Shown: positions 1 through 13,190 of the stretch, piece after piece | Numbering within the stretch: the stretch's first letter is position 1 | How the letters are laid out: every line of letters starts with the position of its first letter | Origin: Schizochytrium sp. TIO01 | Lineage: Eukaryota > Protista > Bigyra: Labyrinthulomycetes | DNA: 64,000 bases | Assembly (NCBI GenBank): GCA_004764695.1 | Contig: SMSO01000004.1 | Span: 248,001 to 312,000 of the forward strand | Direction of reading: 5' to 3' | Notes under the pieces: generated by a model | What the model was told of the DNA's origin: nothing | The model's database searches: none | Seen by the model: the letters and a program-made list of their open reading frames with translations, nothing else | Made by a program: the position numbers and the translations under genes

Positions 1-217
1 TTCTCTGTCTTCTCCCAAAGAATCAAGGGCGCGAAAACCTTTCTTTTAACAAATAGTTAATTAAATTTAAAATAAAATTGTTGCATCAGCAGTTATATTT
101 TATCAAAACATAACATAATAAAGCGTATTTCTTAAAAACAAAAAATAATCAAACCATTCTTTATTTCTCTCTCCATATACACATACCATTAAATGTTACA
201 TATTAGAGCACATAAAT

Positions 218-252
218 AAACAAACAAACAAACAAACAAACAAACAAACAAA
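218..252 (+). repeat. (AAAC)n microsatellite, about 9 units
   Basis: Direct reading of the sequence. Confidence 0.95.
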
Positions 253-393
253 TGAATAAATAAATGCAAACTTTAAAGCCCTCTTCTCTGCTAATATGAC
301 CGACCAGCCTCGCATTTAATTTTCAGGCCACCTCGAAATCCGCCATTCTGGAGACCCAAATCATCGTCATCCCCGTCAACAGCTCATGGGTGG

Positions 394-394
<1 letters not shown>

Positions 395-432
<38 letters not shown>

Positions 433-461
433 ATCAATTAATCAATCGATCGATCAATCAA
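395..461 (+). repeat. (AATC)n microsatellite with GATC variant units
   Basis: Direct reading; explains the spurious SINQ-repeat ORF 386..616. Confidence 0.95.
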
Positions 462-750
462 ACAATCAAAGACAGCCGTCCTTCGGAGGCTTCGCAGCCG
501 CACGTTTCCGCGTTATCGCCATCGATTTTTTTAATGGCGCCTTTGGAAACCAATCTGCCATAGGAGAGACCACGGGGGCTGGCCTCTCTCTCTGCCTCTG
601 CATTCTGCATGCCTGAGACCGCGGTCTGTGCCGGCGCTCTTGGCGTAACCCGCGGGAACGAGGCGGCGCAGGCTGTCTTTGAGGAAGACCCTCGGTCACG
701 ATCTCTCGATCTCTCGATCAATCAATTGCACAATCAATGGTACAATCTAT

Positions 751-1045
751 TGAAAATCAAATGAATGAGTGAATGAGTGAATGAGTGAATGAATCAATGC
801 ATCAATTTAAAATCAAATGAAGGAATGAAGGAATGAATGAATGAATGAATCAATCAATCAATCAATTGATTGAAAATCAAATGAATGAGTGAATGAGTCA
901 ATGCATCAATTTAAAATCAAATGAATGAAGGAATGAATGAATGAATCAATCAATCAATCAATTGAAAATCAAATGAATGAGTGAATGAATGAATGAATCA
1001 ATCAATTGAAAATCAAATGAATGAGTGAATGAATGAATCAAATAA
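751..1045 (+). repeat. Compound higher-order tandem repeat built from AATG/AGTG/AATC tracts around a recurring AAAATCAAATGAA anchor
   Basis: Anchor read at 753, 809, 873, 913, 965 and 1009. Confidence 0.9.
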
Positions 1046-1151
1046 ATCTGCGATGATCTTCAAACTGCGACGATGTTCCCTCCGCCTCCCTCAGATTAAG
1101 AGTCCTCGAGTTGAAGCGGATTGTTGCAGAAAGAGCGATGAGAGCGTCGAT

Positions 1152-1152
<1 letters not shown>

Positions 1153-1190
<38 letters not shown>

Positions 1191-1206
1191 ATTGATTGAT
1201 TGATTG
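1153..1206 (+). repeat. (GATT)n microsatellite (reverse complement of AATC)
   Basis: Direct reading. Confidence 0.95.
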
Positions 1207-3006
1207 GCGTGGCGTGGCGTGGCAGCGCGAGATGAGAGGCGAGCAAGGGCGGGGAGCAGGAAAAGCGAGGCTTGGAGACGGATTTTGATTTCGTTCCTAA
1301 GGTCTTCTCCGGGAGGTCTTCTCGCCTCCGGAAGGCAGTCGCCGCGGTTCTTCGATGTGCAGGAGGAGCGAGGTGCGCTGCGATTCCAGGTAGATGCCGG
1401 ATAGTGAATTCGTTAGTTGCGTGGGTAGTGCTTTCTGGTTCTTTTGGTCCCTGAGGTGCTACAGAACTGGTGTAAGAATGAATGAGTCAATGAATGAGTC
1501 AATGAATGAATGAATAATTTGTGGAAAGGGCAATTAATTCAATCGGTTATAGTTCGTCATTTCGTGAGCTGGCTGGCGATGTGCTGGTTGGCTGCTTAGG
1601 ACATAGGGAGTGAGTGGGTGGTTCGCTACATTTTGCCAGAACAGCTCGAAGCTGAGTGCCGTGAGCGAGCATTTGTTTGTCGTGACTTGTGACCTCGCGG
1701 GTTCTCGCTACTCGCTCACGAAGCAGGAGGTGAAGTTCAGAAGGGTTCATGAGGGAGCAAGTCGGCCGGTCGGTCGGTCACAATGGGTGGTGCAAGCTAT
1801 TCTTGGACGGAGTTCTTGGCGTGTCATTTGCTTGGGAAAACTCGACGATAGATATATATATCATGAGTCCGTGGAATTTGATGCCCTGCGATAGCTGGCT
1901 GGCTATGGGCAGAGTTAAAGAAGATGGAGTAGCACCCAAGGGCCTATGCTGCGTGTGGTCTGCGCCGAAGCTCTCGCAGCGTACGGCAACTTGAAGTTCA
2001 GAATACCTCAACTCATGCAATGCAATTGGCAAGAAGCCGAATAAATTGATCATCTTGAAACTCCAGGAACAAAATCACCACGGCAAGCTCCAGCTAAAAT
2101 GGTAGCTTCCCATGTGAACAAAGAGCTGACGTCATGGTAGTGAAGCCCAGAGCTTTACTTTGCTTCGCTGGCTGCAGTCTATGTACAGTGAATTGGCTCG
2201 CTGGCTCGCTGTCTAGCTCGCTGGCTAACCAGTATAACCCCGCTTTTTTCGTAGTTCTCCTTGGATCAGTTTTTTGTTAGACTCATCTCTTCGTTGTGAG
2301 TCCTTTTGTGAAAGTATTCTTCGTTTTTCAATATCTCTTGAACGGTCGGCCATTCATAAAATCATTCGTCAGAGAGGCTCAGACCAACGAGGTAAGAATG
2401 GGTGGCTTTAGGATTACTCTCGGAAACGTGTAGTGTCGAGACCGCATCTGCCAGAGGCGATTTTTGCGCGTCAGCGAGCTGATTTCCCTTCGTGGCGCCA
2501 ATCGTTTAGAGTTGTTTGCATGCATGAATCGGTATAAGTATAAGTTTCGCATTGAACACCTCATGCACCACCGCAAATTCCGGTGGCTTATTTCCCCAAA
2601 TCGACCCTCATTTAGAAAATCGAAAATGACGTTGCGCTTCGCACCCAGCCAAAGTACCTGTCCAGCGGCCCCAAGTCAAGCTCGCAAGCTCATTTCGCTA
2701 GCCTCCAGCAGATTCGATAGATGCTTCGCTTCAAATATCCATCTCGTTCTTCAAGGCGCCTGGCCAGGTAGCACATTAAATCCGTGACCTTCGTGAAACA
2801 TGCCCAGCTGTCGTAAGCCCCAAAGGATGTCTGCGTCAAAGCGTCGCCACGATCACCATCCGCAGCTGCGCGTTATACATTTATGCAAATCGCCGACTCC
2901 TTGCAACGCTAAGCTCTGCAAGCTTTCTCGTTCTCAACACGGGATGCGTGGCTTGCTTTGTTGGAAAAGACTTGCTTCGCTCCAATGACCAGCGCTAGTG
3001 AGTGAG

Positions 3007-3191
3007 TGAATGAATGAATGGATGGATGAATTAGAATGAATGAACGAATGAATTAGAATGAATGAATTAGAATGAATTAGAATGAATGAATTAGAATGAA
3101 TTAGAATGAATGAATTAGAATGAATTAGAATGAATGAATTAGAATGAATGAATTAGAATGAATTAGAATGAATGAATTAGAATGAATGAAT
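3007..3191 (+). repeat. Tandem array of GAAT / GAATTAGAAT units (mixed 10- and 14-bp period)
   Basis: Direct reading. Confidence 0.93.
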
Positions 3192-6115
3192 GCGCTTTTG
3201 TTGTGGGCCACCATCATCTCCCCTCTTTGTAAAGTGAGCTAGCTCACTACTTCCTCTTACATGAATGCGCTACTGCTGTTACCCTTATTGCTAGCAGCAC
3301 TTAGGCGCTGCCCATCGCTACGATTGTGGTTGTGTTTCTTTGCATTCATTCATTCATTCTAATTCATTCGTTCATTCATTCATTCATCACCACTCCTCAA
3401 GAATTCCACGATGCCAGCTGTAGCCTGTCCTGTACACGAAGCGGACATAATATCCAAAGCCAGCCAATCAGAAGTCAATCGACCCACGCGACAAAGAGAG
3501 GATCAAACCAACTCATCCAAAGGCAACAAACAAACAAACAACTAAAGTGCTGATCGATCGAAAGAGCGCCTTCGATTCACAACGCTCAGAAATGAAATGT
3601 GAAAGCAATGGGTTCGCGAGCGAGGATCTTCCGAACCAAGGGGGTCCAAAGTTCCTCCTCTTTCGTGGAAGTAAGTAATCAAGGAAGGAAGAAAGTGCAC
3701 TTGTGGAAGACCTCCGTTCGCGCGGGTTATTCGACTGGTCTGATCAGAAGAACGGCCGTTCTCTCCGCGCACACGAATTGATTTCACAGGCGCAGGCTTT
3801 GGAGCTTCCTCGCGAGTTCTTCTCCCTCCTCGACTACTTTTGTGCCGAGGCATTCGATCGCTTTAAAGATCGGCTGATAAGTGGAGCCCTTCAAAGTCCT
3901 GCTCAGCTTTGGGCGCCTTTTTTTATTTATCTGGAAACCTTGGCCCCGAAACAACAAAATGCTTTGGCTGCTTCTTCTGTTTCCATTTCGGTTTTTTTAT
4001 TCATTTATTTATTTACATATTTATTTACATATTTATTTACGTACATTTTAATAAATCCTCTCTCTGTTTCTTTCTTCAAGTTTTAGTTTAGTTTTTGTTT
4101 TGTTGTTCTTAAAGTTGGTAACTAAGAAAGAGTCGGGAGCGGCTTTCTTTCTTCCGTTCGAGTTCTTTCAGTTTATTTATGTGCACTGCTGTTGATTGGA
4201 TAGTTCGTTTATCATTTACTAAAAGACCAAGCTCTTCGCTTCAACCCGCTCCGTTCGACGTGTTTCTGAGGCCCGCGTGATCCTGGCGACGGCCTGTACG
4301 CAGGTCCCTCTCCGCCTTCATCAAAGCCCCAAAAGCAGACATCCTGAAAACCAAAATGGCCATAATAACTAACTCCCACTCTTCAACTTTACTCAGTCCA
4401 GTTAAAACAAAACCAAAACAAATTAATGTTAAATCTTTAAGTCTTAAAACTATGCTTTTTAAAGAGAAAATCGCAAAAGGCCTCCAGGCGTCGTAGGAGT
4501 CGCTAAGGCGTCCGCTAGGCCCGCGCGGGAGGAGGCTTCCTTCCCTGCAGAGCAGCTTCGTCCCTCTGCGGGCGCTGGCAGAAGCGCCGGAGAACTGCAA
4601 GACAACTCTGCTATGCCTCGGTTTTGGGCGGTTCTCGCCGCTGTTGACGCCTCCCGCGCAGGCCTGGAGGCGCCTTCGAGGGCGATTCTTCGCGCCGCTT
4701 GAAGAAGACAAGCAACGCAAAGCAAAGCAAAGCAAAGGAAACAGACAATTAAATAAACAAATAAACAAATAAACAAATAAACAGCGGCGTTCACAATTGG
4801 TATTAGTTTTAAATTAATTTGTAAATTATTAAATGAATGAATGAGTGAATGAATGAGTGAGTGAATGAATGAACAAAAATGAGAGGGCAGTTAAAACTTC
4901 GATCGCACGTGCTGTCAGTCAGGCATTCAATCCGCCTCTCGCCAATTGGTTTCTCTTCGTTCGCCTGAATCTCAAGACCGTTCACCTCCGCCGCCGTCCC
5001 CAGTTTATGAGCAGCACAGACTGCGCTCTGACCGGTTCGTAGAAGGCCGTCGAATCGCGGTGGCTTCGTTCCCTCCCATTCCGGGTCTCTCTGGTTTGGT
5101 TTCAACTTATTCAAGGCTCATACCTTCCGCTCACTCACTCACTCAGTCAGACAGCGACTCTTTTTTGTTTGTTTTCGCACAAGTTGGCCAAACTCGAAGG
5201 CCGTCGATCCTTGATTCGCTTGAGCCCCTTCGTGTGTGACAAAGCTGCCGCAAACAAGGACCGTGAAGCTCTCAGACCACGTGCGTGCGGTATAATGCGT
5301 ATTATTACAAATCCATACATACACACATCGAAGCATAAACGTGAATCTATGAATGTATGTATGTATGTATGTAAAACTCACAATTGACAGCGCTGCGTGT
5401 GACAAGGTTTCGCTCTGCTTGTCTTTCTGAAAGATTCACGTGCTAACGCCAGGTCGCAGAACCTGTGGGAACTCCATATCAGTTATATTGAATCGAGATT
5501 TCGCATTACTTCTTTTTAATTTAAACTATATGTTTATTATTATTTTTTTATTTTTTTATTTTTTTTTAATATATATATATATATATGGATGACAATTGCA
5601 AAAACAAGTTTTATTTGCATTCGCCCTGAAAAGTTTTGTTTACAATTACAAAAATGAATCACTCACGCTGCAAAGGGCAATGGGCAGCAGAAGCGATGAT
5701 ACCGGCTGGCGTGAGGGAATAACGCAGAGGTTTTGAGGCGGCGGGATACGGAGCAGGCCTTGCTGTCGCCCAAGTCGCCGCAGCCTCTCAGGCACCAGCA
5801 CCGCATGTTTTGCGCAGGTTTCCACAGCTATATAGAGACGACTCTTGCGCCTGCCGTATTGCAACGCCTCTCAACGTCACGCGGCTCGCCGTCCATCTGG
5901 TGCAAACGACACACCCTCTCTCAATTTATCCATAATTGAAACGAAGAAACTCTGAAGCAAGAATACAATGTTTTAAATGTTTTGATTTTTTTAATATTTT
6001 AAAATAAAAAGAAACGTTTCCATTTAATTGAGAAAACATATACATGTACATATGACAATAAAGTGAAGAATGAATGAAAGAATTGATCGACAGTAAAATT
6101 GCCGAAACTGAAGAG

Positions 6116-6129
6116 AATAATAATAATAA

Positions 6130-6160
<31 letters not shown>

Positions 6161-6165
6161 AAGAA
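6116..6165 (+). repeat. (AAT)5(AAG)11 compound trinucleotide repeat
   Basis: Direct reading; source of poly-R/F/S spurious ORFs. Confidence 0.93.
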
Positions 6166-9100
6166 CCAACGAAGGAATCGATACACGAGTCGAAGAAAGC
6201 GGAGCACAGCGAGACCCAAAAGATAGTCGCCGCCGTGCAGCGGAGGGAGGGAGAGGGCCCCGTCCTGGGCGAGCTCCAGTCCCCTGGCAGCCTGCGGGAA
6301 GACATGCCGGGCTGGTTGTTTGTCCGTTTGTTTTGTCGGGTTGGCTGTCTGGCAGAGGCAGATGAGGGATGGAAGCATGTCATGCATGGAGATGGGAACG
6401 GACTCTGGGGCTTACGAGGGAGAAGAACCAGGATGAACTGCGAAGAGCTCCGGCAGAGGCTCGAAGGAACTGCCGGGAGAGGCGGCGTGCCGCTGCGCTT
6501 GAGGTAGCTCGAGGAATCTGGCTGTGTTATACATACGCACACCCGCGGAGGAGGAGAGCAGTGAACGCCGGCCCGCTGGTGTCACCGGGAGGCGGACGAG
6601 CTCCAGAAACGGCCAGTTCCTGGGCGATATCTTGACGCAGAGATCGCGGCGGCAGTCGCGGCCACGGCGACGGTGGGCTTCGAGCACGACGGACCTCGAA
6701 GACCTCCACCTCTGCGCCAGGTCAGCCACCGCTGGCGATGCTCTTGGGCTGTGCAACGAAGAGACCTCGGAAAGCGCTGACCTGGAGACAAAGCTTGTCC
6801 ACAACAGCAGAAGACGGCAGAAATTGTCAAAGGCTCGGCATGCACGTACTCGGAGCGGTGATCGAGCTGTCAAGAGCACGAGCACGAGCACGATCGAGAT
6901 CTTGATCTCTGTGATGAACCGCTGATGACAATCAATCAATCGATCACTCGATCAATCAATCAATCAGCAAACGCGTGTGCTCCAGGTTTCCAGAACTGCT
7001 TTGGATAGAGCCGCTCCATGGCAGCACATGAAAGAACCATGCCGAGCTGTGCAGGTCCTTGAATATTGGTGCGCGTGGGTTCTGTTCTACTCTCCCAAGG
7101 TTGAGGAGCCTCTCCAAGCTCTTCGAAGTGGGGGCATCAAGCGCATTCTTCGGCTGCTGATGGAAGAGGATCTGACTTTGTTGCCGTTCCTGAGCCATCG
7201 TAAGATCGTAAGATCGTAAATAGCCAACGAGGAGGAAGACTGCTTCGTTTGCTTTTTTTGAAATTAAAAAATAAGTTTGTACCTACCTCTAGAGAAGTTT
7301 GTTATTTTAAAAATTGTTTGGTTTACCAAAACACTGAAATGGAAAATTTCCCGACCCGTAAATATGGTGATAATCGCGATGAAGGAATCTAAGCTTCTCC
7401 AATAGCCGACTAGTGCTCTGAGTAGTGGGGGTAGCAGCACAACTAAGCAGTATCAATCAATCAATCCCTTGTTTTGCTTCCTTCACAAAAACAAGAATGA
7501 ATTTGGGAGAAGAGCGCGCGAAGTCTCTGTGACGTGGCAAACACAACCGTTCGCTATGTCACCAATAGAGACGGTGTATAGCAGTTTTCTGTTTTCTTTT
7601 CTTCAGTTGGTTTGTTATAATTATTATAGTTTTTTTAGTTTTTATTTTTTTTTTCTTTCAAATAACTAAAAAGAACTTGAAGATGTCTACAGAGTCTCTC
7701 AACTGACAAAGAGGGAGAGAGAGAACATATTGAAATATCTGGGCTCAACCCAATTCGTTGTCTAAAAGTTAATCACTAAGAAGAATATGAACAAACGCGT
7801 CTCCTGGCATGATTGAAGCTGACGTTTACAGGCGAACACGACCATCTGTCCGCACTATTGAACTCAATATACGAACCTTCAAACGTATGGCTCGGCAGGA
7901 TATTTGAGCTGATGAAATAAACTTGTTTCGTCTCATCCTCCAAGGGTAAAGAGCGGGTCACTCATCACAGAGTGCCAACTTGATTCTCTTCACCTTTTTA
8001 GTTTTATTTTACGAACAATGAAAACTATATCGAAAACTATATGCTTTGGTAAAGGGAAGTTGGTGAACCGCGGATTATTTTTTAAAGAAAGCTCGAGTTC
8101 ACAATAGCAGGCAGACAAATCGTCATTCTTGCTTGAAATGACACCTTCTCGATCACAAGCCACAATCTTATCGAAATCAACGACCGCCTTGACAAACTCT
8201 CCCACTGGCCCATCAAACCAAACAATCGAGAACGAGACTGCTCTTTAACCCCCCTTTCAACATGGTTAGAGAATATTTCCAACTTGTTTTTGTTATAAAT
8301 AGGTTCTTGTAAAGCAGGTATATCCCTTCACTGCTTTTTTGGGTCAGAGAACGGGCGCTGATCCAATAAGACCCGCGAGTCTGATCGCCTTGGTCGAGAC
8401 ACAACTATGGTGTCCCAGATTCTTGAGCATCTTCCAAAAAAGAGAACGGGAGACTATTGTGAAGAAACAAAGTTTACTTTGAAGGTAGGCCTAAAATGAA
8501 AAACTTGCCTCAGCTTCGGCCCACGAGACAGAACTATGGCGCAGTATTTGTCTCAGCGAGAAAATGAAAGTAAATTAAAATAGATATGATCATGCGGCGC
8601 GCTGGATAAGAGACTTAAGGGTCAAAAGTTAATTAGCAGCTTGAAGTGGGCGTAGGATATTAACTTGTTTTTCAGAACGAGAAACACCCGGAGCAGTTTG
8701 GAGAACCTCAAGCACGGTGACCAGGGAGTGAGTATCTTTTGGAATACGAAATGAGAGCTGAGTGCTTTCAGTTACTATCTTGGTAGGTCCTATCATAATA
8801 GAGGATCTTTCATTTTCTTTTGTTTTCTTTAAAATAAAAAAGAAGGAAAACTTAGGAACAAATATACTATGGGGCTCTTTCCCACTTTCGTTTAACGTTT
8901 CTATTATCACTTACGTTATCGAGAGACTTCAGCAAGGGTTATATACATTGTTTACTTTCGTAGATCGTGATCTTATCATCTATCAACGGTACGAGGACCC
9001 GTCCTGAATCTCTTGGCTCTAAAACGGAAGGGGGTGGTTGAGTTGGTGTATATTTTGAAGCGTTTGGAACACTGAAGCAACCAAAAACTTAAATTTAAGC

Positions 9101-10967
9101 AACTTTAGCGATCAAAACCAATGAATGGCTCTTTGCAGTCTTTCAAAATATTATAAAGGTATAAGTTAATAGATTGATAAAGTGCACGCTCCGTCGCATA
9201 TAAGAGAACGACTTCTTGTCAGTTTTGACGAACTGATACAACACCGTGAGAACTGAAGTGTTAAAAACACTCACGCAAAGCTTCTCAACGAGGGTTTTAA
9301 TGTTATAAGCTTTTTAATGATTATTCATTGTGGACCGTCAGTGTAAGCAGTTGTGAGGTTGGGAGATTTCCAGTTTAAATTAAAAAATTATTTCCTTGTC
9401 AGAATTCTCACAGCAAAAGCAGGATCTTTGGTATAGAATAGTATAAAGCGGCTACAGTTGACGCTTCTTAGATGCTTATGCAAGCCGTACGTTGAAATAG
9501 TAAAAGTATTCCTTATAACTGTGCGGCAGTAGTATCTTATGCCTAAATCGCGCTGAGAACTCTAAGCTCCATCGATGCTGAAATCGAGTGTCAGAGACTG
9601 GTGGAATGGGGTTGACGTGTCTCACTCTGGTCAATTTACTCTCTGGGCCTCACTACCTAGAACAGGTATGCCAGGAACTCAATATAATCGAAGTTCGACG
9701 AAGGTGTGTAGTGAAAGAGTATTTGAGCGTTTTATTTGAAATAAACAAAAACAAAAGTGCTGCTGTGGGACAAATGGACAATTGTAAAAAACACTAATAT
9801 TGCAAAAAGAGCATTGCCTTTCAGTCAATGATGAACAAAGTAAATAGACGGGTCCCAAGCTTTTAGTCTGCAATGTTTTAAGCAGGCTTAGTCGTCCTCA
9901 AAAGGTTTACCTGTGGGAACAGATATATAAAACTTAAACGGGTCATTGCCAACATTATATTTACAGAGTCTGTGAACAAGGTAAAGACTTCTATATCGTG
10001 TATCAAAACCTCCCAATGTAACATTACCAAACGCTGATGTGGAATCCGACCAGAAAGGCGAGGTAGATGCATATGCTTAAGAGAAGATCAGAACTACCTT
10101 AGTTTTAAAGCTGCAAAGTAAGATTGATTTTAAATAGTATATCAAAGATTCATACAAAATCACTGCACTTCGCTTTTATGAGTAGGTGAGTATCAGTAAA
10201 CATTGCTTGAGAATTCGTTAACCAATTGCTCTTCAGTCTTACACCTACAATACCACAAAAAGTCCATTCTATCATCTTCAACGACCTCTCTTGAGGTCAG
10301 ATGATCTCATCAACCTCAAAAGCACAACCACCCACTCTATTTCCTCAAAAGATCATCGCCATCTTCTCTTGAACCTTCATTCGCTTCGATGCCCTTATTC
10401 GTCAGTCAACGTCGCAGTTCCACGCGAAAAACCCAACCCAATGAGCTATACTACATGATCCTAATTTTTATCCTAGCCAACATATAACCAGCCTATTCAC
10501 AAATACACCTTGTTTTTAATATTAGATATCAGGCATATTTCGTTCAATTCAGAGAGGCGGTATTCCTAATAAAGACCGGGTGAATTGCGGTGCGCTCGGA
10601 GCCGCACAAAGCGTTCAAAAGCGTCCTTTTCGCGAATGAGCGAAGTTATTATTATTGTGAGCAACCCTGAAAAACAGAGAGTATGGTGTACCTATTATCT
10701 ACGAGAAAGGAGGGCACTTGTCGGAGACTGTCTTCGAAAGTAGAGTATGAAGGATAGTCTATAGTGTGTGGAGTGCTATAAGTCATTGTAAGAGGAGAAT
10801 GGTCTATTGTAGCAAATGGGTGATTGAGATTTGGTGATTTACTGAAATGAGTGAATGAATGTTGATTCAAACAAGGTCATTGAGGCTGCTGCTTTGTGAG
10901 CAGTCGTTCAATTAGCGCGGATCTCGGTCGCGGTACGCTCGGTTAGCGTGCGCTAGATCGATCAACG

Positions 10968-13190
10968 ATGTCTTCGGAGGAGGTTCGCGACGGCATGGAG
11001 GCCCTCAAGGTCTCCGATGGCGCCAAGCTGGAGGTGACTCTTGACACGACGTCCAAAAAGTCTGATGCGCCTGAGAAGGCCCCTGCTGCTGCTCCGAAGG
11101 CAGCGGCGGCAGCTTCAGAGGCTGCTCCTGCTGTGGACCCAGAAGAAGTTAAGCGTAGGTTTGAGCTCGTGAAGTCTATCGGTGAGGAGTGCATCACTGA
11201 AGAGGATCTCATGCAGCTCTTGTCCAAGAAGGCCAGTTTCCGCATGTACGATGGCTTCGAACCCTCGGGACGCATGCACATTGCTCAAGGTATCTTCAAA
11301 GCTCTCAACGTGAACAAATGTACGACCTCTGGAGGTACTTTCGTATTCTGGGTCGCCGATTGGTTTGCTCTGATGAACGATAAAATGGGCGGTGATCTTG
11401 ACAAGATCAAGGTTGTTGGCCAGTACTTTATCGAGGTCTGGAAGGGTGCTGGCATGGATCTCACGAATGTGGAGTTCCACTGGGCTTCTGACGACATTAT
11501 CAACAACGCTAAGCAGTACTGGGACCAGATGTTGGATATCGCCAAAAGGTTTACGCTTGCTCGCATCAAGAAGTGCTGTCAGATTATGGGTCGCCTCGAG
11601 AACAACCTCACAGCGGCACAGATCATGTACCCTTTGATGCAGTGTGCCGATATCTTTTTCCTCAAGGCTGATATTTGCCAGCTGGGAATGGATCAGCGTA
11701 AGGTCAATATGCTTGCTCGTGAGTACTGCGACTCCATTGGTCGCAAGCTCAAGCCGGTGATCCTTTCGCACCACATGATCTACGGTCTTGCCCAGGGCCA
11801 GGTCAAGATGAGCAAATCCAACCCTGACAGTGCAATCTTTATGGAGGACTCTGTTGAGGAGGTCGAACGCAAACTTTCAATCGCGTACTGCCCGAAGGAA
11901 CCCGAAGAGGATGGCATTCTCAAAAACCCCTGCCTTGACTACGTTGAGAACATCGTCATGAGCCAGCCCGGAGCAACCTTCACCGTATCTGGAACCACAT
12001 ACAACACCTTCGAGGAGGTCAAGGAGGCATTCTTGAACGGTTCTCTCGCAGAGGCCGACATGAAGAAGGGCATTGCTGACTGTGTCAACGAGCTCATGCA
12101 GCCTGTGCGGGACCACTTTGCTAACAACGAGGATGCGAAGCAGGTCCTTGAGCTTGTTCGAGAGTACAAGCGCGAGACTGCTAAGCCTCCCACCAGGCTT
12201 AAGCGCAACGCCAAGGTTGCCGCTCCCGGAGAAATTGTAGCCGTCTTTGCACCGATCCCCCCTTCCTCAACCCCAACAATGTCTCTTGGTGACGTCCTGA
12301 GCACCAGGGCTTCGTTGAAGGCAGCTCGTGGTGATTCTAGCCGTGTTGTGCTTTATATTCCTGACCTTGATGCCATCGCATGCGGAGCTTTTGCTGGAGA
12401 CAAGAAGCTCAAGGCCACCGAGTGCATTGCTGCCTATTACGAGGTGTTTCAGGCCGCTCTTGAATCAGTTGGAGCCCTCGAAGGCGTCGAAGTTTTGCGC
12501 CAAAGCGAGGTCATGCTTCTGGACCCGAGTGAGTACTGGGTCAGTGTCATCAACGTTGGACGCCACTTCCAACTCCAGGAGGTTGTCGACGCCGTGAACC
12601 CTGAAGAGTCTCAGGCTGGACCAGTGCTGGCGGCGCTCATGCACGTCGGAAGCATGCTTACCCTGGCACCCAAGGCTGTATACGAGAGCAGTGCACAGCG
12701 TTCGCGACTCCATGAACTGTCCGCACGCTACATTGAGTCTTGTGCTAACCAGGAGGATGCCTTTGCGGCTCCCGAAATTAAGGCTGTCAAGGAGGTCTCT
12801 TCTGTGACCTCGGCGCTCGATGCTGCTACACTCACTCAGATTGAGGTGCTCGATGACTTTCAGCCGGCCATCAAGAAGAAGCTGAAGCAGGCATTCTGCG
12901 AGCCGCAGAACATTGAGTACAACCCGCCGCTTGTACTGCTCCAGGATCTGACACTCGAGCAGGGCAAATCCGTAGATGTAGTTGTTCAGGGAGGTGAGCA
13001 GAAGACATTTACATCCTCTGAAGACCTCGCTGCTGCATTCCAGGCAGGCGATGTTCACCCTGCTGACCTCAAGGCTGCTGTTACCAAGGCCACCGAAGCC
13101 ACCTACAAGACCTTGACGGCTGGTCTCAAGTCCGCTGACAAGGCCAAGAAGCTCGTGCAGAACTACATCAAGCGTACCTCCAAAAAGTAA
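10968..13190 (+). CDS. YARS: Tyrosyl-tRNA synthetase, cytosolic archaeal/eukaryotic type, double-length (pseudo-dimeric), 740 aa
   Basis: YDGFEPSGRMHIAQG (HIGH equivalent), YPLMQCADIFFL, GMDQRKVN, KMSKS in the N-terminal half; degenerate second TyrRS copy ending in KLKQAFC...VHPADLK; long ATG-initiated ORF. Confidence 0.97.
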   Translation: MSSEEVRDGMEALKVSDGAKLEVTLDTTSKKSDAPEKAPAAAPKAAAAASEAAPAVDPEEVKRRFELVKSIGEECITEEDLMQLLSKKASFRMYDGFEPSGRMHIAQGIFKALNVNKCTTSGGTFVFWVADWFALMNDKMGGDLDKIKVVGQYFIEVWKGAGMDLTNVEFHWASDDIINNAKQYWDQMLDIAKRFTLARIKKCCQIMGRLENNLTAAQIMYPLMQCADIFFLKADICQLGMDQRKVNMLAREYCDSIGRKLKPVILSHHMIYGLAQGQVKMSKSNPDSAIFMEDSVEEVERKLSIAYCPKEPEEDGILKNPCLDYVENIVMSQPGATFTVSGTTYNTFEEVKEAFLNGSLAEADMKKGIADCVNELMQPVRDHFANNEDAKQVLELVREYKRETAKPPTRLKRNAKVAAPGEIVAVFAPIPPSSTPTMSLGDVLSTRASLKAARGDSSRVVLYIPDLDAIACGAFAGDKKLKATECIAAYYEVFQAALESVGALEGVEVLRQSEVMLLDPSEYWVSVINVGRHFQLQEVVDAVNPEESQAGPVLAALMHVGSMLTLAPKAVYESSAQRSRLHELSARYIESCANQEDAFAAPEIKAVKEVSSVTSALDAATLTQIEVLDDFQPAIKKKLKQAFCEPQNIEYNPPLVLLQDLTLEQGKSVDVVVQGGEQKTFTSSEDLAAAFQAGDVHPADLKAAVTKATEATYKTLTAGLKSADKAKKLVQNYIKRTSKK

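Noticed and set aside
3007-3191. TTAG-containing array as a telomeric repeat
   Set aside because: Unit is GAATTAGAAT/GAAT with no GGG tract; it is a derivative of the AATG microsatellite
386-7219. Many 60-175 aa ORFs on both strands
   Set aside because: Driven by SSRs (SINQ, FIHS, poly-R/F) and GC-rich blocks; mostly non-ATG starts and no recognisable domains
7740-9010. Possible decayed gene on the minus strand
   Set aside because: Short protein-like fragments but no identifiable motif; cannot be supported
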